Shown here piece after piece: positions 48,198 through 60,887 of a stretch of 64,000 bases of DNA. The position numbers and the translations under genes were made by a program. The stretch's first letter is position 1; every line of letters begins with the position of its first letter. This DNA comes from Gekko japonicus (taxonomy: Eukaryota): assembly GCF_001447785.1 (NCBI RefSeq), contig NW_015165833.1:868608-932607 (forward strand), written 5' to 3'. The notes under the pieces were generated by a model, which was given only the letters and a program-made list of their open reading frames with translations, made no database searches and had not been told where the DNA came from.

Positions 48198-49430
48198 CCT
48201 TTGACTCCTCTCCCACCTACTTTCTCTTCAGTCCCTAGACATGCAACCCATATGTTCAGTGCTCCTGTCCAGTTGGTTGAGAATTCCAAAATATAGACAG
48301 TTGGGAACCGGGACATAGATGGCAGTGTGATCTTCTTTATGTGTGCTACAGACCCCTGATGTGCCATCCTGTGCCCACTATGTTGCACCGTCCAGGTGTT
48401 TTGATTGTTTCAGTGCAAACATTGCCATTATGGCCCATGTTTTTGGGAGAATCCCAAACATCTGTGCCCTGGCACATTATGAGGTCAGTCCTTGTATTTG
48501 TCTAGAGTAAACCCTGGTCTCTGCAACAGCAGCTACTGCTGGCAGAGGATGGGGTGAACCTTGTGGACAGCTGCAGTGTTTGAGATGGAGCACTAGAACC
48601 CACACTAGCTCTGTTCACAAGTTACAGTGAATGTACATATAATTCTTTGTATAGAGTACACTTGATTTTTCTTTATCCATGTGTTGAGTAATGCTCATGC
48701 TACATTCAATGCATGTACAGCTAAATGTGCAATTGAAAGTGCACATTTATCCAGGTACTGGTCCCTATTTTCATTTGTAGAGTGAACACACATTGCGTCT
48801 TTCTTACAAACAGATGTGCATGCATTCATTGTAAGATGAAAACAGGGCTACTGTTCTATTTAGGGAGTTGGAAGGGGAACTCCACACTGTTCTTCAGATC
48901 CCCCCATCAAGCACACAAACTGTCTCTTCATCTTCTTGGTCATTTCTTTTTAGCTCCCCCCCCCCCCTTGCTTCTGCTCAGTGACTCCTGTTCAGGGATC
49001 TCCTCCCTGACATTGGCGGTCAGCCCTTTCATTTCTGTTAACTGTCAGATGATTTGGCATCATTAGTATCGTGAATTTTTTTGCAAAAGTGTTTAGAAGT
49101 GTAAGTCTGTCTTACAAATGAGGAACAATTCTTCACAGCACTATTAAAAGCACGGTCTCATTGTTCACACTTCTAATATGTCCCAGGAAATACCGCTATG
49201 CATAACGTACTCATTTCCGATGCATGTTTACAGTTATCACTCTCTGACAATAACACAAAGGTGTAATATGGTTATGATAATGTTTGTAACTTTTTTTTCA
49301 AGTGATGGGGACTTGGACAGTGGCTTTATGAGTCACCAGGTAAGGTGGTCTTTTGGAAACCATGTTACCCATGGATCTCATTGGCTTTCCATGTTCTGTG
49401 GCTTTGTAGAGTCTAGACTCAGCTTTAGAA

Positions 49431-49825
49431 CAGGGGACCCCAACCTTTTTGCCTGTGAGCACCTTAGGAATTCCAACACAGGGTGGTGGGTGCAACCACG
49501 AAATGGCTGCTTCAGGACATGGAGCCAACCACAAAATAGGAGATGGGACCAACCACACAGAGGAGACCTAACTGGATGCGGAAAAGAGGTAATTAAAAAA
49601 TACACTGAGAATAAGGAGTGAGAGAATAAAAATAACCCAAAGGTGGTAGCTGCTGCTGAAACAGTGCTGCCTCAGTCTGTACTCTGCACAGTCAATCAGA
49701 AGCCCTACTGGGCAGGAGCCCCAGCTGGCCCCACCCACTTTCTAAGAATACTTGGTGGGCCCCGGGAAAGGTGTTGGGAGGCACAGGGGTGCCCATGGGC
49801 ACCAACTTGGGAAACCCCCCCCCCC
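49431..49825. mobile_element. hAT (Charlie-like) MITE
   Basis: caggggaccccaacc left end; TSD ctttagaa/ctctagag; homologous to 703-1035. Confidence 0.75.
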
Positions 49826-50465
49826 CTCTAGAGCACCTCTCCAGTGTTAAAAATCATTTATAAGTCAGTGCCCCTTTCTGTCTTGGACCCCATCTCTCCC
49901 ACAACCTACTTGCTCTAGGGGCAAGAGGCTTGAGTTACAAACGAAACATTATTTTCTTTCCAGCCTTGGCAAGAGGGTCGGGGCAAGGGAGGGCTTCAGG
50001 TATTCCAACGGATTGGATGAATAGGAAGAATGGGGTGTTTCAGGACCCCTGGAGTACCTCCCCCAAGTAAGAAAGAACAGGTGTGTATTTGGGGTGGGGT
50101 GCTGAGAGGCAGTCTTGGTTTGATCAGAAGAAGAGGCAGCTTTGGTGAAAATACTCTGAATTGCATTAGTCTGAAGATGCAAGATCCTTTTGCTAGGAAA
50201 TGATTATGTGAAGGGGGTTCTTTCCTTGGCAGAGGTTAATGTAGCAGGTTGCCCTTGTGGTTAAGGGCTAATTACGGAGACGCCTTGATTAATGATTGGA
50301 TGGTCAGATGTTGGGTGAGGCATGGCTTCTCCTGGAGACAGCCTGATTTCACTTTCATGAGCCTGACTGAGTTTAGATGCTTTTTTTGATGCAGAAAGGA
50401 CCATAGTCCCCTTTTTTTGGCCTAATGTGGCTACCAAAAATGGAGTTTTTCTCTGAATGAAAACA

Positions 50466-50682
50466 GTGGTGGAAAGTGCCATCGAGTCACAGCCAACTAA
50501 CGTCAGCCTTGTAGAGTTTTCAAGGCAAGAGACAAACAGAGATGGTTTGCCATTCCCTGCCGCTGTGCAGCACCCCTGGACTTCCTTGGTGGTCTCCCAT
50601 CCAGGTATTAACCAGGGTCAACCCTCCTTAGCTTCTGAGATCTGACGAGATAGGGGCTAGCCCGGGCTGTCCAGGTCAGGGC
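50466..50682 (-). mobile_element. 5S-rRNA-derived SINE, full length
   Basis: Reverse complement gccctgacctggacagcccgggctagcc...tcagatctcagaagctaag...ggatgggagaccacc; RTE-type tail. Confidence 0.9.
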
Positions 50683-51169
50683 CTGCATCAAAGTGGAGGG
50701 GGAGAAATATGAATCTAATGGAGGCTTGTTGGCAAGGTTTTGTAATCCAAGCAGCCTGTGAGTGGGTGCCCATGGGGGCTCTCGTGCCAGCTGTCTGGCT
50801 GAATGTCGCTGTGAAGCAGGTGCAAAGCTGCCTCTCAGGATGCTGCTCATTTTGATTTGCATCAGTGTAATCCTATGAGGTGCTTGGCTGGACAGAAAAT
50901 AGCACTGCAGAGCCACTCAGAAGCAGTGCAAATAGAGATATAGATATTTCTAGGAATGTGAAGCCATGTTGGGAGGAGAGTTTCTTCTAGAAGGAGGCAG
51001 AAATTTGAGAGGGAAACGGAATCAAGCGTAAACTTATTTTAATGCTTTAACAGCAGAAGATTCAACATTTCTAACTCAGGGTATAAAATTGTACTATTTA
51101 GCATATTTGTGAAATAGAAAAGTATAATTACTCTGTTTTCTACAAGCGGAATCATGTCTAATTTACCCT

Positions 51170-51371
51170 CCATCAAGTCTCAGCTGATTTATGGCGACCC
51201 ATAGGGTTTTCATGGTGAGAGATGTTCAGAGGTACTTTGCCATTGCCTGGCTCTGCGTAGTAATGCTGGTATTCCTTGATCCTCTCCTATCCAGATGCTA
51301 ACCAGGGCTGATCCTGCTTAGCTTCCGAGGTCTGACAAGATCGGGCTACCCTGGGCCATCTAGGTCGGGGC
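51170..51371 (-). mobile_element. 5S-rRNA-derived SINE
   Basis: Family motifs. Confidence 0.85.
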
Positions 51372-51554
51372 GTTTCATGACTATACCCAGCACCAAAGAG
51401 AGAAAAACTGTTGTACTCTGTTCTGCATTAGCCCACCTATCTTACTTTTCCCCATCTGAGAGTCAGGAAGATATGGAAGTAGAAAATAAAAACACACGTT
51501 ATTGGGGGAGGGGGAGCATATCTGAATTTCAAGTTAAACTGTATAACATTGAAG

Positions 51555-51751
51555 ATAGATCCAGGCAGGTAGCCTTTTTGACCTGAAGCAATAGAACAAA
51601 GTTTGAGTCCAGTGGCATCTTTAAGACCAACAAAATTTTATTCAAGGTATAAGCTTTCATGTGCATGCACACTTTCTCAGATTTTCATCTGAGCTCATAC
51701 CTTGAATAAAACTTTGTTGATCTAAAAGGTGCTACTCGACTCAAACTTTGT
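51555..51751. mobile_element. Penelope-like fold-back remnant
   Basis: Arms acaaagtttgagtccagtggcatc / ggtgctactcgactcaaactttgt. Confidence 0.75.
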
Positions 51752-52177
51752 ATAACATTGAATGTTTTCAATAGTGTATTATCATACACATTATAGTACA
51801 GTAATTGTGGGCAAAATCAGTCACATTTAGATAATATATGCTATGAAATTTATTTTATATGTCTATAGTATACACAGGAATTATCAGTCTTACATATAGA
51901 GCTTCACGCGATACATTCTAAGTGACTAAACCTTGCTTTAAAAAAAGCATCTTCGTCATTCCAAAAAAGAAAATATTTCATAGAAGATTTTTTTCCAGTG
52001 CTCCCCAATTTCTGCATCTGGCAGCAGAGCAGAGCACCCAGAGAGGTTCTCAAGATGGTGTGAAGGGACAGGGCTTTAAGATGCTGATCCTGGCCCATTT
52101 AGGGAATCCATTGGAGATCTCTAAATTGTGGGGTTGTACAACTGAGCTCTGTGGCACTTAAGAAAAAAAAAAATCCT

Positions 52178-52590
52178 GCCCTGCCCTGGATAGCCCAGGC
52201 AAGCCCAATCTCACCAGCTCTCAGAAGCTAAGCAGGGCTGACCCTGGCAAGTACTTGGAAGGGCGACTTCCAAGGAATGCCAGGGCCAGGTTCAATGCTC
52301 CCTCTAAGCTGCGGAGACTTGTGAGCAAAAATTCCACTTTGTGAGCTGCAGGCATTCAAGTTGTGAGCGAGCGATTTGGCTCCTGCATAAATTAGTTTGC
52401 TCTGAGGCCATCCTTCCTGAGCTAAGATCAAAATGTGTGAGCTGGAGGCTAAAAAACTGTGAGCTAGCTCACACTAACTCAGCTTAGAGGGAACACTGGC
52501 CAGGATGCAGAGGCCGGCAATAGTAAGCCACCTCTCTGAAATGTCCAAGCCCCATTTGGGGTTGCCAGAAGTCACCATGACTTCCAGGCT
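52178..52590 (+). mobile_element. 5S-derived SINE interrupted by a hAT MITE (52293-52498)
   Basis: SINE head 52178-52292; MITE TIR caatgctccctctaagct/agcttagagggaacactg; TSD gccaggtt/gccaggat. Confidence 0.85.
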
Positions 52591-52809
52591 CACAAGCACG
52601 CGCGCATACACACACACACACAAAATACCCCCCCCCAAGAAAATAAAATAAAAAAGAGAAGAAAAAGTATTCCTGAGAGGGTGGGGAGTGGAGAGGGTTT
52701 TTTTTAAAAGCAGTTGGATTATTAATTGGGAATCCCAAGGATTAAGGTCAGACACAATTAGCAGTTGGGGGCATGGTTTGCTTGCGAAATCCAACCTAAT
52801 CAGACTTTG

Positions 52810-53027
52810 TGGTGGTGGTGGGAAGCGCAGTCAAGTCATGGATGACTTGTGGTGACCCCCCGTAGGGTTTTCAAGGCAAGAGAGAAGCAGAGGTGGGTTG
52901 TCTGCCTCTGTGTGAAGGCCCTGGACTTCCACAGTGGTCTCCCATTCATGTTCTAACCAGTACCAACCCTACTTAGCTTCTGAGATCTGAGAAGATCAGA
53001 CTAACCTAGGCTGTTCAGGTCAAGGCA
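52810..53027 (-). mobile_element. 5S-rRNA-derived SINE
   Basis: Family motifs. Confidence 0.85.
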
Positions 53028-54332
53028 GCCAGACTTCGTGATCCTCCCTAAATCATTCCTGACTCTGTATATATACAGAAGGGGTACAAACGAACAGTGA
53101 CTAACCAGGAAAGAGATTTTGGGGACAAGGTACCTAGCTCTATCAAAATAATGCTTCCTTGTGTAGCTGTGGTCAGAGCAGGACTTGGGAACAAACAGAG
53201 TACTGGTCTAATGCTTTTGTGCAGTCACATGTGGAATGGTATGGACAGCTTTGGTCAAACCCCTGGATTAGCAGCTCTGCCAAGCACAGTTACAGTTTCT
53301 GGTGCCACAAGTGTGAAGCGAGGTAGGGTGTAGCAGCATTTCCTCAAGAGGAGCACCGTGCCTTCTGTTTCCCCAGAATGCTGACCCTGCTGCCAAAACA
53401 CTAGTCAACAGACCATCAGATGGCAGCTAGGATGTAGCAAGTCTGTGTGCAAGCTGTCTAGAAATGGGGCTGGGGTGGGTAGGAGATAACATGGAAGAGC
53501 TGATTGCTCTGAACCAGAACAGCAGTCCAGGCACTTGGAGTAGCAGTGTTATCCCTTGCGTCAGCATCGGTCTCTGAAGTCTGAGCAGCACCCATTATCG
53601 GAGTCAGAGCAAGAGGCAAAATGGAGCATCTGTTGCGTGGGAAGCAAAGAACTGTGTATCATCCACAGTGGATTATTTTGACTGTCAGAACCCACAGCTG
53701 GAGTTTATGTGGGGGGTCCAAAGCTTGACTGAGGAAAGACGTGCAGGCCAAAACATTTCCCCTGTCAGAAATGCAAGAAGGAAAAATAAAGCCCTCCCGC
53801 CAATAAATTAATTTGAAGCAAACAATAACTAGGGGCATTTGTTTACATTTCTTCCTGGATCTGACCCAAAGTGATTCTTCTCATTGATTCTTGTGGGTGT
53901 GCGGGGTGGGTGGGGGTAGAGATTGAAACCTCTTTTGAAATCACAAATAAGATTACTTTGCGGTTGTCACTCAAGGCTTTTACATCAACATGTATGGGGA
54001 AAGGGGGTGGGGGCGATTTGGACTTCTAAGGCATTTTCACTCCACAGGCTTTCATGCTTCGGTTAGTTTAAACACGAGCCCCACATTGACTAGAATGCTC
54101 ATTTGCATTACAAATGTCTCTCCTGAACTTTCTGTTCTGCATTAGCAATGATTAATGATCATGTAAATAGTAGGAGCGAAGAGGAGGGAAGCCTCTTGCA
54201 TGGAAACCGCCTCAAGTGCTTCTGGCACTCTGAAAAAAGATGGGATTTAGCTGAGTTGGGCTCAGCAAAGGAAGGATGGAGAGCTGTAAAGTGCAAATCG
54301 GCTTGTTCAAGAGGCAGGATCGGCCCAACTAG

Positions 54333-55442
54333 CAGGGCCGGCTCACCCGCTAGGCGAGCTAGGCACTCGCCTAGAGCGCGAGCCAGCCTTAGGGGTGGAA
54401 GGAGAGGCAGGGGCGGCCGCCGGCGCCTGGCCAGCATGGCGGAAGGAGGCAGCGGCGCAGCCAGCAGGAGCCTGGCGCGTTCCCCGCACTAGGAGTGGGA
54501 GGAGCACCCGGGGAGGAGGGAGTCGCTGTCAGCCCTCACGGAGGGAGGGGCGGGTGAGGGAGGGGCACCTCTGCGAGGCATCACTCCCTACTCCAGCCTC
54601 TTAGCTGCCTCCAACCACACGGCGGCAGCGCCCCCCCGTCTGGCCGGCAGCGGTGCCCCGGGGCGCCCCTTTCAGCTCTCACTCCAGCTCCCCTACCCCC
54701 CAGTGGCTTTTGGCGCTGCCAGCGGGGCGGAGAGACGATAATTAAAGAGATCTGTGGCGCCAGCGCCCCCCCCCCAAGCGGTCCCCCGCGAAAACTTCCT
54801 TTGCCTCCTCCCGCCTCGGCCGGCTGTTCCCGAGGNNNNNNNNNNNNNNNNNNNNNNNNCCCCGCAAAAACTTTCTTCACCTCCTCCTGGTAAAAAGTTG
54901 AATCTAACAGCAATGATTCCTAGGTTTAGAAATGTACTGCAGCAGGGCTGGCGCTGAAGAACTGGAAGGGGGGAAAAAAAACCCTATCCGGGCTCCAAGC
55001 GCCACAAAATTCTTCAACGGCTGGATCGCGCACTCTTCCACTTTCCCCCTCCCCTCTTGGAAACTGGAGGCGCTGCCCGGCTTTGTCCTCCTCCAGACGG
55101 ACAGCGCTTGCGACCTGCCCGCCCACTCCTGTCGCCATCTCCTCCCTGCCTTCTCTTCTTCGGGGACCTTCTTCGGAGGTGGAGGCAGGGGCAGCTGCCA
55201 GCCAGCTACAGCACCGTGTTGGGCTGGGAGATGGACTCCCACACTTGGGTAAAGGAAGGGGGAGCAGTCGCGTCCTCCTCCTCCTCCTCATTGGCCCGCA
55301 TACAAGCCCCAAAGGGCGGAATGGCTGGCCAAGGAAAGGGGAGCTCCTCTAATAAACCTGCCCACACCGCCGTCTCCAGGCCCCGCCGGGAGGTTGGCAT
55401 CTGCGCTCGCCTAGAGCGCAGGACAACCTCGAGCCGGCCCTG
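54333..55442. mobile_element. Young non-autonomous hAT (Tip100-like ends) with CpG-island-like interior; contains a 24-N gap at 54836-54859
   Basis: Perfect 12-bp TIR cagggccggctc/gagccggccctg; perfect TSD ccaactag (54325-54332 and 55443-55450); subterminal motif ctcgcctagagcgc near both ends. Confidence 0.92.
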
Positions 55443-55518
55443 CCAACTAGTAGACTACAGCAGTGTCTCAGGGGGCTGAAGTCTAGAGGTGATGGGGCAC
55501 GGGGTTGGGTAAGCTAGA

Positions 55519-55794
55519 TGTTGTGTATTGAAAACTATGTTAAGCCTGAGTCTGAACCAGGATTGTAAATAGACCAATCAGAGCTGTGCAATGTTCTGGA
55601 GGGAAGCACACTGATTGGACCTTATCTGTAAATAGTTATTGGTTGTTATCTGACATGTGGCCGTGGCTACCTAAGCCCGGACTGTTTAAAAGAGAGCCTG
55701 TTGCTCTATGTTTTGGTCACGTTCTGATTTCTTCTGACTTCGTTAATAAAGCTGATTCACTGTTCACTAGCTGTGTTAAGTCTCGTACTTAACA
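55519..55794 (+). mobile_element. Solo LTR, 276 bp
   Basis: TG...CA termini; 5-bp TSD ctaga; CCAAT, TATA-like tttaaaa, AATAAA at 55745. Confidence 0.88.
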
Positions 55795-56946
55795 CTAGAC
55801 ATTTGGCTGGGTGACTTTGCTTGTGCCCATCAAACAGCCCTATCATCTGACAACCACTATGTGCCATGTGTAGGGCAGGTGGGGTGAGAAAAGGTGCCCT
55901 GCCGACCCACATGCCTAAGAACAGATTTATTCCAATCGTGTAGCTATCTCCAAAGCAGCTTGAATGTCTCAGACTTGTCAGAGCTTGGAAACTAAGCATA
56001 AATGGTTGCTACTTGGGTGGGAGACTGCTGAGGAAGACCTGGGTTGTTCCTGGGATCTTTATGAGTGGGCTGCAACTTTCTAGATGGCATACAATGATGA
56101 TGATAAGAGCTGATTGGGATTTAGCAGGACCAAAATCTTGTAGCAGATTGGTGGGTCTCGAAGGCTGCTGTTGGATTTGGATGTCTTTGCATCCTGCTGG
56201 TTCTTTTGTTAACTGCCCTGAGTCCATGAGGAAGGTGGGCTTCAATATTTATAGAAAACAAATGAAAATGCAGTGCTGGTGGCATTCTTCCAGCAGCACA
56301 CTTTCGACTCTTTCGTGGTTCTGCTTCCTAAACAAATATTGCAAAAGTACCAGGAGTCATGAGCATTCCTTCCTTCCTCCCTGGGCTGCCTGTGGCTGGC
56401 CTGAGGAGAAGTGTGTGTGTGTGTGTGGGGGGGGGGAGAATACAAAACTGTAACAGAGGATGGAACATTTATTGTGAGGAGTGGTGCATAGCAAGGAAAG
56501 TCCCCAAGAGGCCCCTAAATCTCATGCAAAATGGTGAAGGGCTGTTGGGAAGTTTTATGTCAGCCTGTAAATCCAGGAATTGCCTCGGAAACACTTCTGG
56601 AAGAGCTGCATCTGCAGTCATACCTGCCGTGATGTCCCCCCTTCTCATATCAGTGATACTGAGCTCATATACTCTGAGGCTGGACTTGCTTTGCTTTCCC
56701 TCCTTTAGTTCTTTGAATCTTGAAAGCTCATCCAATCCTTTGGACCAGGTTCCGGACTTTCCCCGCACAGATTCTGGGCCAGTGTGCCTTCTCTTCCATC
56801 CCTTCACCTTATGCAGCCATGGTTGTGAATGTGTGCTTTAAAGAAAGTGAGAGTTGGATTAGCTTGCAGCACGTCATCCTGTGTGGCCCAGGCTCTTTCT
56901 TGGCTAGGAGTTTGTTACCAGGTTTCCTCTTATATTTACTTTGAAT

Positions 56947-57143
56947 TAGAGCAGCTTAGGAAATTCCTGGAGATTTAGGGGCGGTGTGTTGGGAAAGCGG
57001 ACGGAGCTTAATAGGGATGTCATACTATATAGAGTCCACCCTCCCAAACTGCCATTTTCTCCAGGGGAAATGATCTCTGTCATCTGGAGATCAGTTGCAG
57101 TTCCTGGAGAACTCCAGGTGCTACCTGGAGGTTGGCCACCCTA
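56947..57143. mobile_element. Short hAT Blackjack-like MITE
   Basis: Perfect TSD ctttgaat; body as in 42307-42524. Confidence 0.85.
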
Positions 57144-59511
57144 CTTTGAATCCATTCCATTTTCATACTCTGGTTGCAGACCTGGGTGTTCAATGCCATT
57201 CATGCCCATAAATCCCTTGAATATCAGAGATTTCAGCATTTCCAGCTCTTTGGATCACTGGCTCAAACCACTAGTCTTACTGGGACAGGAGGGCATGTCT
57301 GTCGTGTGCTGCACTGGGCCCCCTCTCCTACCAGAATAGAAATTAATTTTATTCTGGACGAAACACCTCTTGCGAACTGGAAACTAACCAGACTCCCAAA
57401 GGCTGTACCCTGAAATGCTTTCTCATTCATCTGCAAGGGAGGCCCATCTGTGCCTGTGACATAACTAGGCCAGGACTCTTGCTGTGCCAGAGGAGGCGGG
57501 GAGGTGGTAGAAGTGCCCCTGTGTCTCTTCTGTTTGCCGTCATCAGATAAAGTTGTGATGTACTGTAGTTACATGCTGGACTGGCAGATAAGGGCAGGGC
57601 CATGTTCAGAAATCGGGCTCTGAAAGGTTAGGCAAGTGGGTGGCTTCAAGAGACAAAAAGTATAAGACAAGCCAAACACATCCAGTGCTGCGCTGCAGGG
57701 TTACATTACAACCAACCGGGGAACATTGGCCTCGTTGAATAGCTAATGATCACTGAGGCACAACAATAACTGAACTCAATTCCTGTCAGCCAGGAATATG
57801 AACAGCCAGGAATAATAAAACACCTCTGAGCATATGCAGAGTGCATTTCCTGCATGATCGAGCCACTGCAGTCTCATCTCCAGCTGTCTTTTTAAAATTG
57901 AGGCGATCATCAGGTGTAGTTGTTGAACATGGGTTTGCCTTTTGGAGGACAGTCTGATTGCAAGGGCTGTTGAAGCGGAAATGTAAAAATCACAGGACCT
58001 CTTTTAAGCTTTATAAAGTCAAAACTCTTTAATTGCCTTTGTATAAATCTTTGATTTACCACTGAGTTTCCTACCTTTGGAATTTCCAGAAGGATTGCAT
58101 AGCTAAGCGAGGAAGAGAAAGGGTTTCAATGTAAAGGACTTTCCGAATTGGAGACTGCCTCTTACCGTCATCACATTTTAATAATCGTTCTGTTTAATTA
58201 ATGTATTTCAAACATTTGTATCCCACCTTACCTCTTTGGTTTCACGGTGGCAGACAATGTAGCAACCAAGTTTACAAGGGCTTAAATAGTAGTCCAGTTA
58301 AAATTAAAACAGGTAAAAATACACAATTGGCCAAAAGCATTCAGGTTTAAAATGCACACCAGGATTAAGACAAACAGGATCAACAACTTCACAAACAGAA
58401 CTGCTGGAACAGTCCACCTTCCAGCAAATGCCTTCTGGAAAAGGACTGCCCTTACATGGCTTTCTAGCGGCTTGAATAGCCCTGAGTATCTTGATCTTGT
58501 CAGAAGCTAAACAGGGGTGCCCATGGTTAGTATTTGGATGGGAGCTCACCAAGGAAGTCCAGGGTAGCCAAGTAGAGGCAGGACAGTCAGTCAAGTCTGG
58601 GGGGAGGCAGAGCATGCACTTGTGTCACTAAGATGCATAATTCCTGGACTGTGTGCATATTTTTGCCTTGGGTTAAGATGGCTCTCTGTCTTTGCATGGC
58701 TTGTGTGTTCTCTGCAGGGGTTTGCTTGATGGAAGCTTGGCTCGATTCCTCGAAGCTTTTGCCTTGCACGGGGTTTGAATTGTTCTTCAGACTAGAATTT
58801 GTCATTTTTAATGTCCCAGTGCTGGGTGGGTTTTGCCTCCACCCTTTTGGGGAAGCATAAGGTATCGGGTGGGAAGGGGGAAGCAGAAGTCATGAGGCCT
58901 CAAGTGGTCAGCCAAGCAGAGAGGCTGGAGGTGAGTCCTCTTTGAGGCCAGCTGCCTCTGGACTGCCTCCCTCCCCCTGCCCCACGGTATGATAGTGCAG
59001 AAGTGACCATTCACCGTTTGAGACTCATCAGGAATCTGGGTGGCTCTAATCAGCCAGGTGAAGGGGGGTTTCTCATGCCTGTAGGATTGGGGAGCAGTTC
59101 AGACTGGCCTGTCCATTTAACTTGGCAGGTCTGGCTCTTGGCTGTCACTAGGAACGGGGCAGAGGGGAGGTGGGGAAAGCAAAGAGGGGTTCTTGTTGAG
59201 TCCCCTGAAGCATATCATCCCTTCCTGACTGACCAGCCCAAGGGGGCTCTTTTGAGGGGTTCCCAGCCTCTTCTCAGCATACCTTGTGTTGCAGAAGAGC
59301 GAGCTGTGATGTGGTTCTTTGCTTGCAGACCAGCTGGGGTCCAGAGGTGGGACAGGCTGGTAGGTATTGGCCTCTACGAATGTATGGCTTGATAGTGTTG
59401 AAGGACTTGGCTGCACTATGTGCAGGTGTGTGTTTTCTTCATTTTGGGATTAGGCTGTTTTGTATGTTTGTAAATTACCTTGGAGTATGAAAGAGGCATG
59501 ATTTTTTGGAG

Positions 59512-59690
59512 TAATAGAAAAGAGCAAGAGTCCAGTAGCACCTTAAAGACTAACAAAATTTGTGGCAGGGTATGAGTTTTCATGAGTCATTGCTCACTTC
59601 TTCAAATTTTGTTAGCCTTTAAGGTGCTACTGGACTCTTGCTCTTTTCTACTGCTACAGGCAGACTTAACACGCCTACTCATCTTGATCT
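59512..59690. mobile_element. Penelope-like fold-back remnant
   Basis: Arms tagaaaagagcaagagtccagtagcaccttaaag / ctttaaggtgctactggactcttgctcttttcta. Confidence 0.8.
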
Positions 59691-59734
59691 GTCTTTTGAG
59701 TAATGAAGTAAATGTAGGCTCCAACAAGTCAGTG

Positions 59735-59944
59735 GCCCTGACCTGACTGGCCCAGGCTAGCCTGATCTCATCAGATCCTGTGAGCTAAGCAGGGTCAGCT
59801 CTGGTTAGTACTTAGGTGGGAAATCCAGGTTTGCTATGCAGAGGCAGGCAATGGCAAACCAACTCTGCTCCTCTCTTCTTGAAAAACATATGGGGATCAC
59901 CATAGATTAGCTGCAACTTGATGGCACTTTCTACCATCACCACC
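59735..59944 (+). mobile_element. 5S-rRNA-derived SINE, full length
   Basis: gccctgacctg...gcctgatctcatcagatc..agctaagcagggtcagctctggttagtactt...ggcaatggcaaacc...acttgatggcactttctaccatcaccacc. Confidence 0.9.
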
Positions 59945-60537
59945 AAGTGATTGAGATAAAATCAGAATACTTAGTACTTGCAAAGCTGAAGGGACATTAT
60001 TTCTAACTGCCAATTGTAGTGGGGGGGTGGCTGAGGCTGGGGAGTGCCCAAGGTCCCCTCAGGAGGGCATGGTTGAGGGGAGAGTGGAAGGAGGGTCTTC
60101 CTGCAGCTCCGCTCCTGTGCAGCACTGGCTGATGTGGAAGGGCATGCATCCTCTATGACTCCCTGCACATGTGTCTAGCACCTCGTTAAAATGCAGCCTT
60201 TCATTAATATAGTTATATGAACAGGAAAATTAATGACATTTAAAAATAATGAGGAAAGGTCGTTAATCCTTGCTGCGTTTTCTGGGGGTTTGCTGGCACC
60301 GTTTCTGTTCCCTGAAGCAGGAAACGGGAGAGGGAGAGCAGTCCAGACAAGTCCATCACTCAGCCCCTGAGAATTTGATCCCAGTTGGCTGGAAGAGAGG
60401 AAAAGCTCCAGGTGAAAAATGCGTTTCCCATCGCAGCTGATGGAAATGAGTAACACATAAAATAAAGAATCCAAGCAGGTGTAATAATGGAAATAAAGGA
60501 AATGAATAATTGAATACTAATAATAATGAGTCAGTGA

Positions 60538-60742
60538 GGAGGGGCAGTGGCATAATGGTAGACCATCTGCTTGGGATGCAGAAGGTCCCAGGTTCAGTCC
60601 CCAGCATCTCTAGTTAAAAGGATCAGGCCATAGGTGATGTGAAGGACCTTGAGACCTTGGAGAGCTGCTGCCAGTCTGAGTAGGCGATACTGACCATGAT
60701 AGACCAATGGTCTGATTCAGGATAAGGCAGCTCATGTGTTCC
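60538..60742 (+). mobile_element. tRNA-derived SINE (Squam2-like)
   Basis: Family motifs. Confidence 0.85.
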
Positions 60743-60887
60743 ATAAATATCATGAATACAAGCTACATAGAATTGTTTTGCACAGTGCTAATAGACATTG
60801 GGGCTGTCTGGATTTACCTGGATTTCAGTAGAGCTTTTGATGAGGTTCCCCATGACATTCTGATGGGAAAACTGGAAGACTGTGGAC

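Noticed and set aside
48607-48850. Old Harbinger-like MITE (tagctctgttcaca...tgaaaacagggcta)
   Set aside because: TIR match is too degenerate and there is no second copy in the window to confirm
54333-55442. Host gene promoter or first exon in a CpG island, with ORFs 54148-54492, 54926-55312 and 55057-55479
   Set aside because: The block is bounded exactly by TIRs and an 8-bp TSD; the ORFs are low-complexity GC artefacts with no recognisable domain
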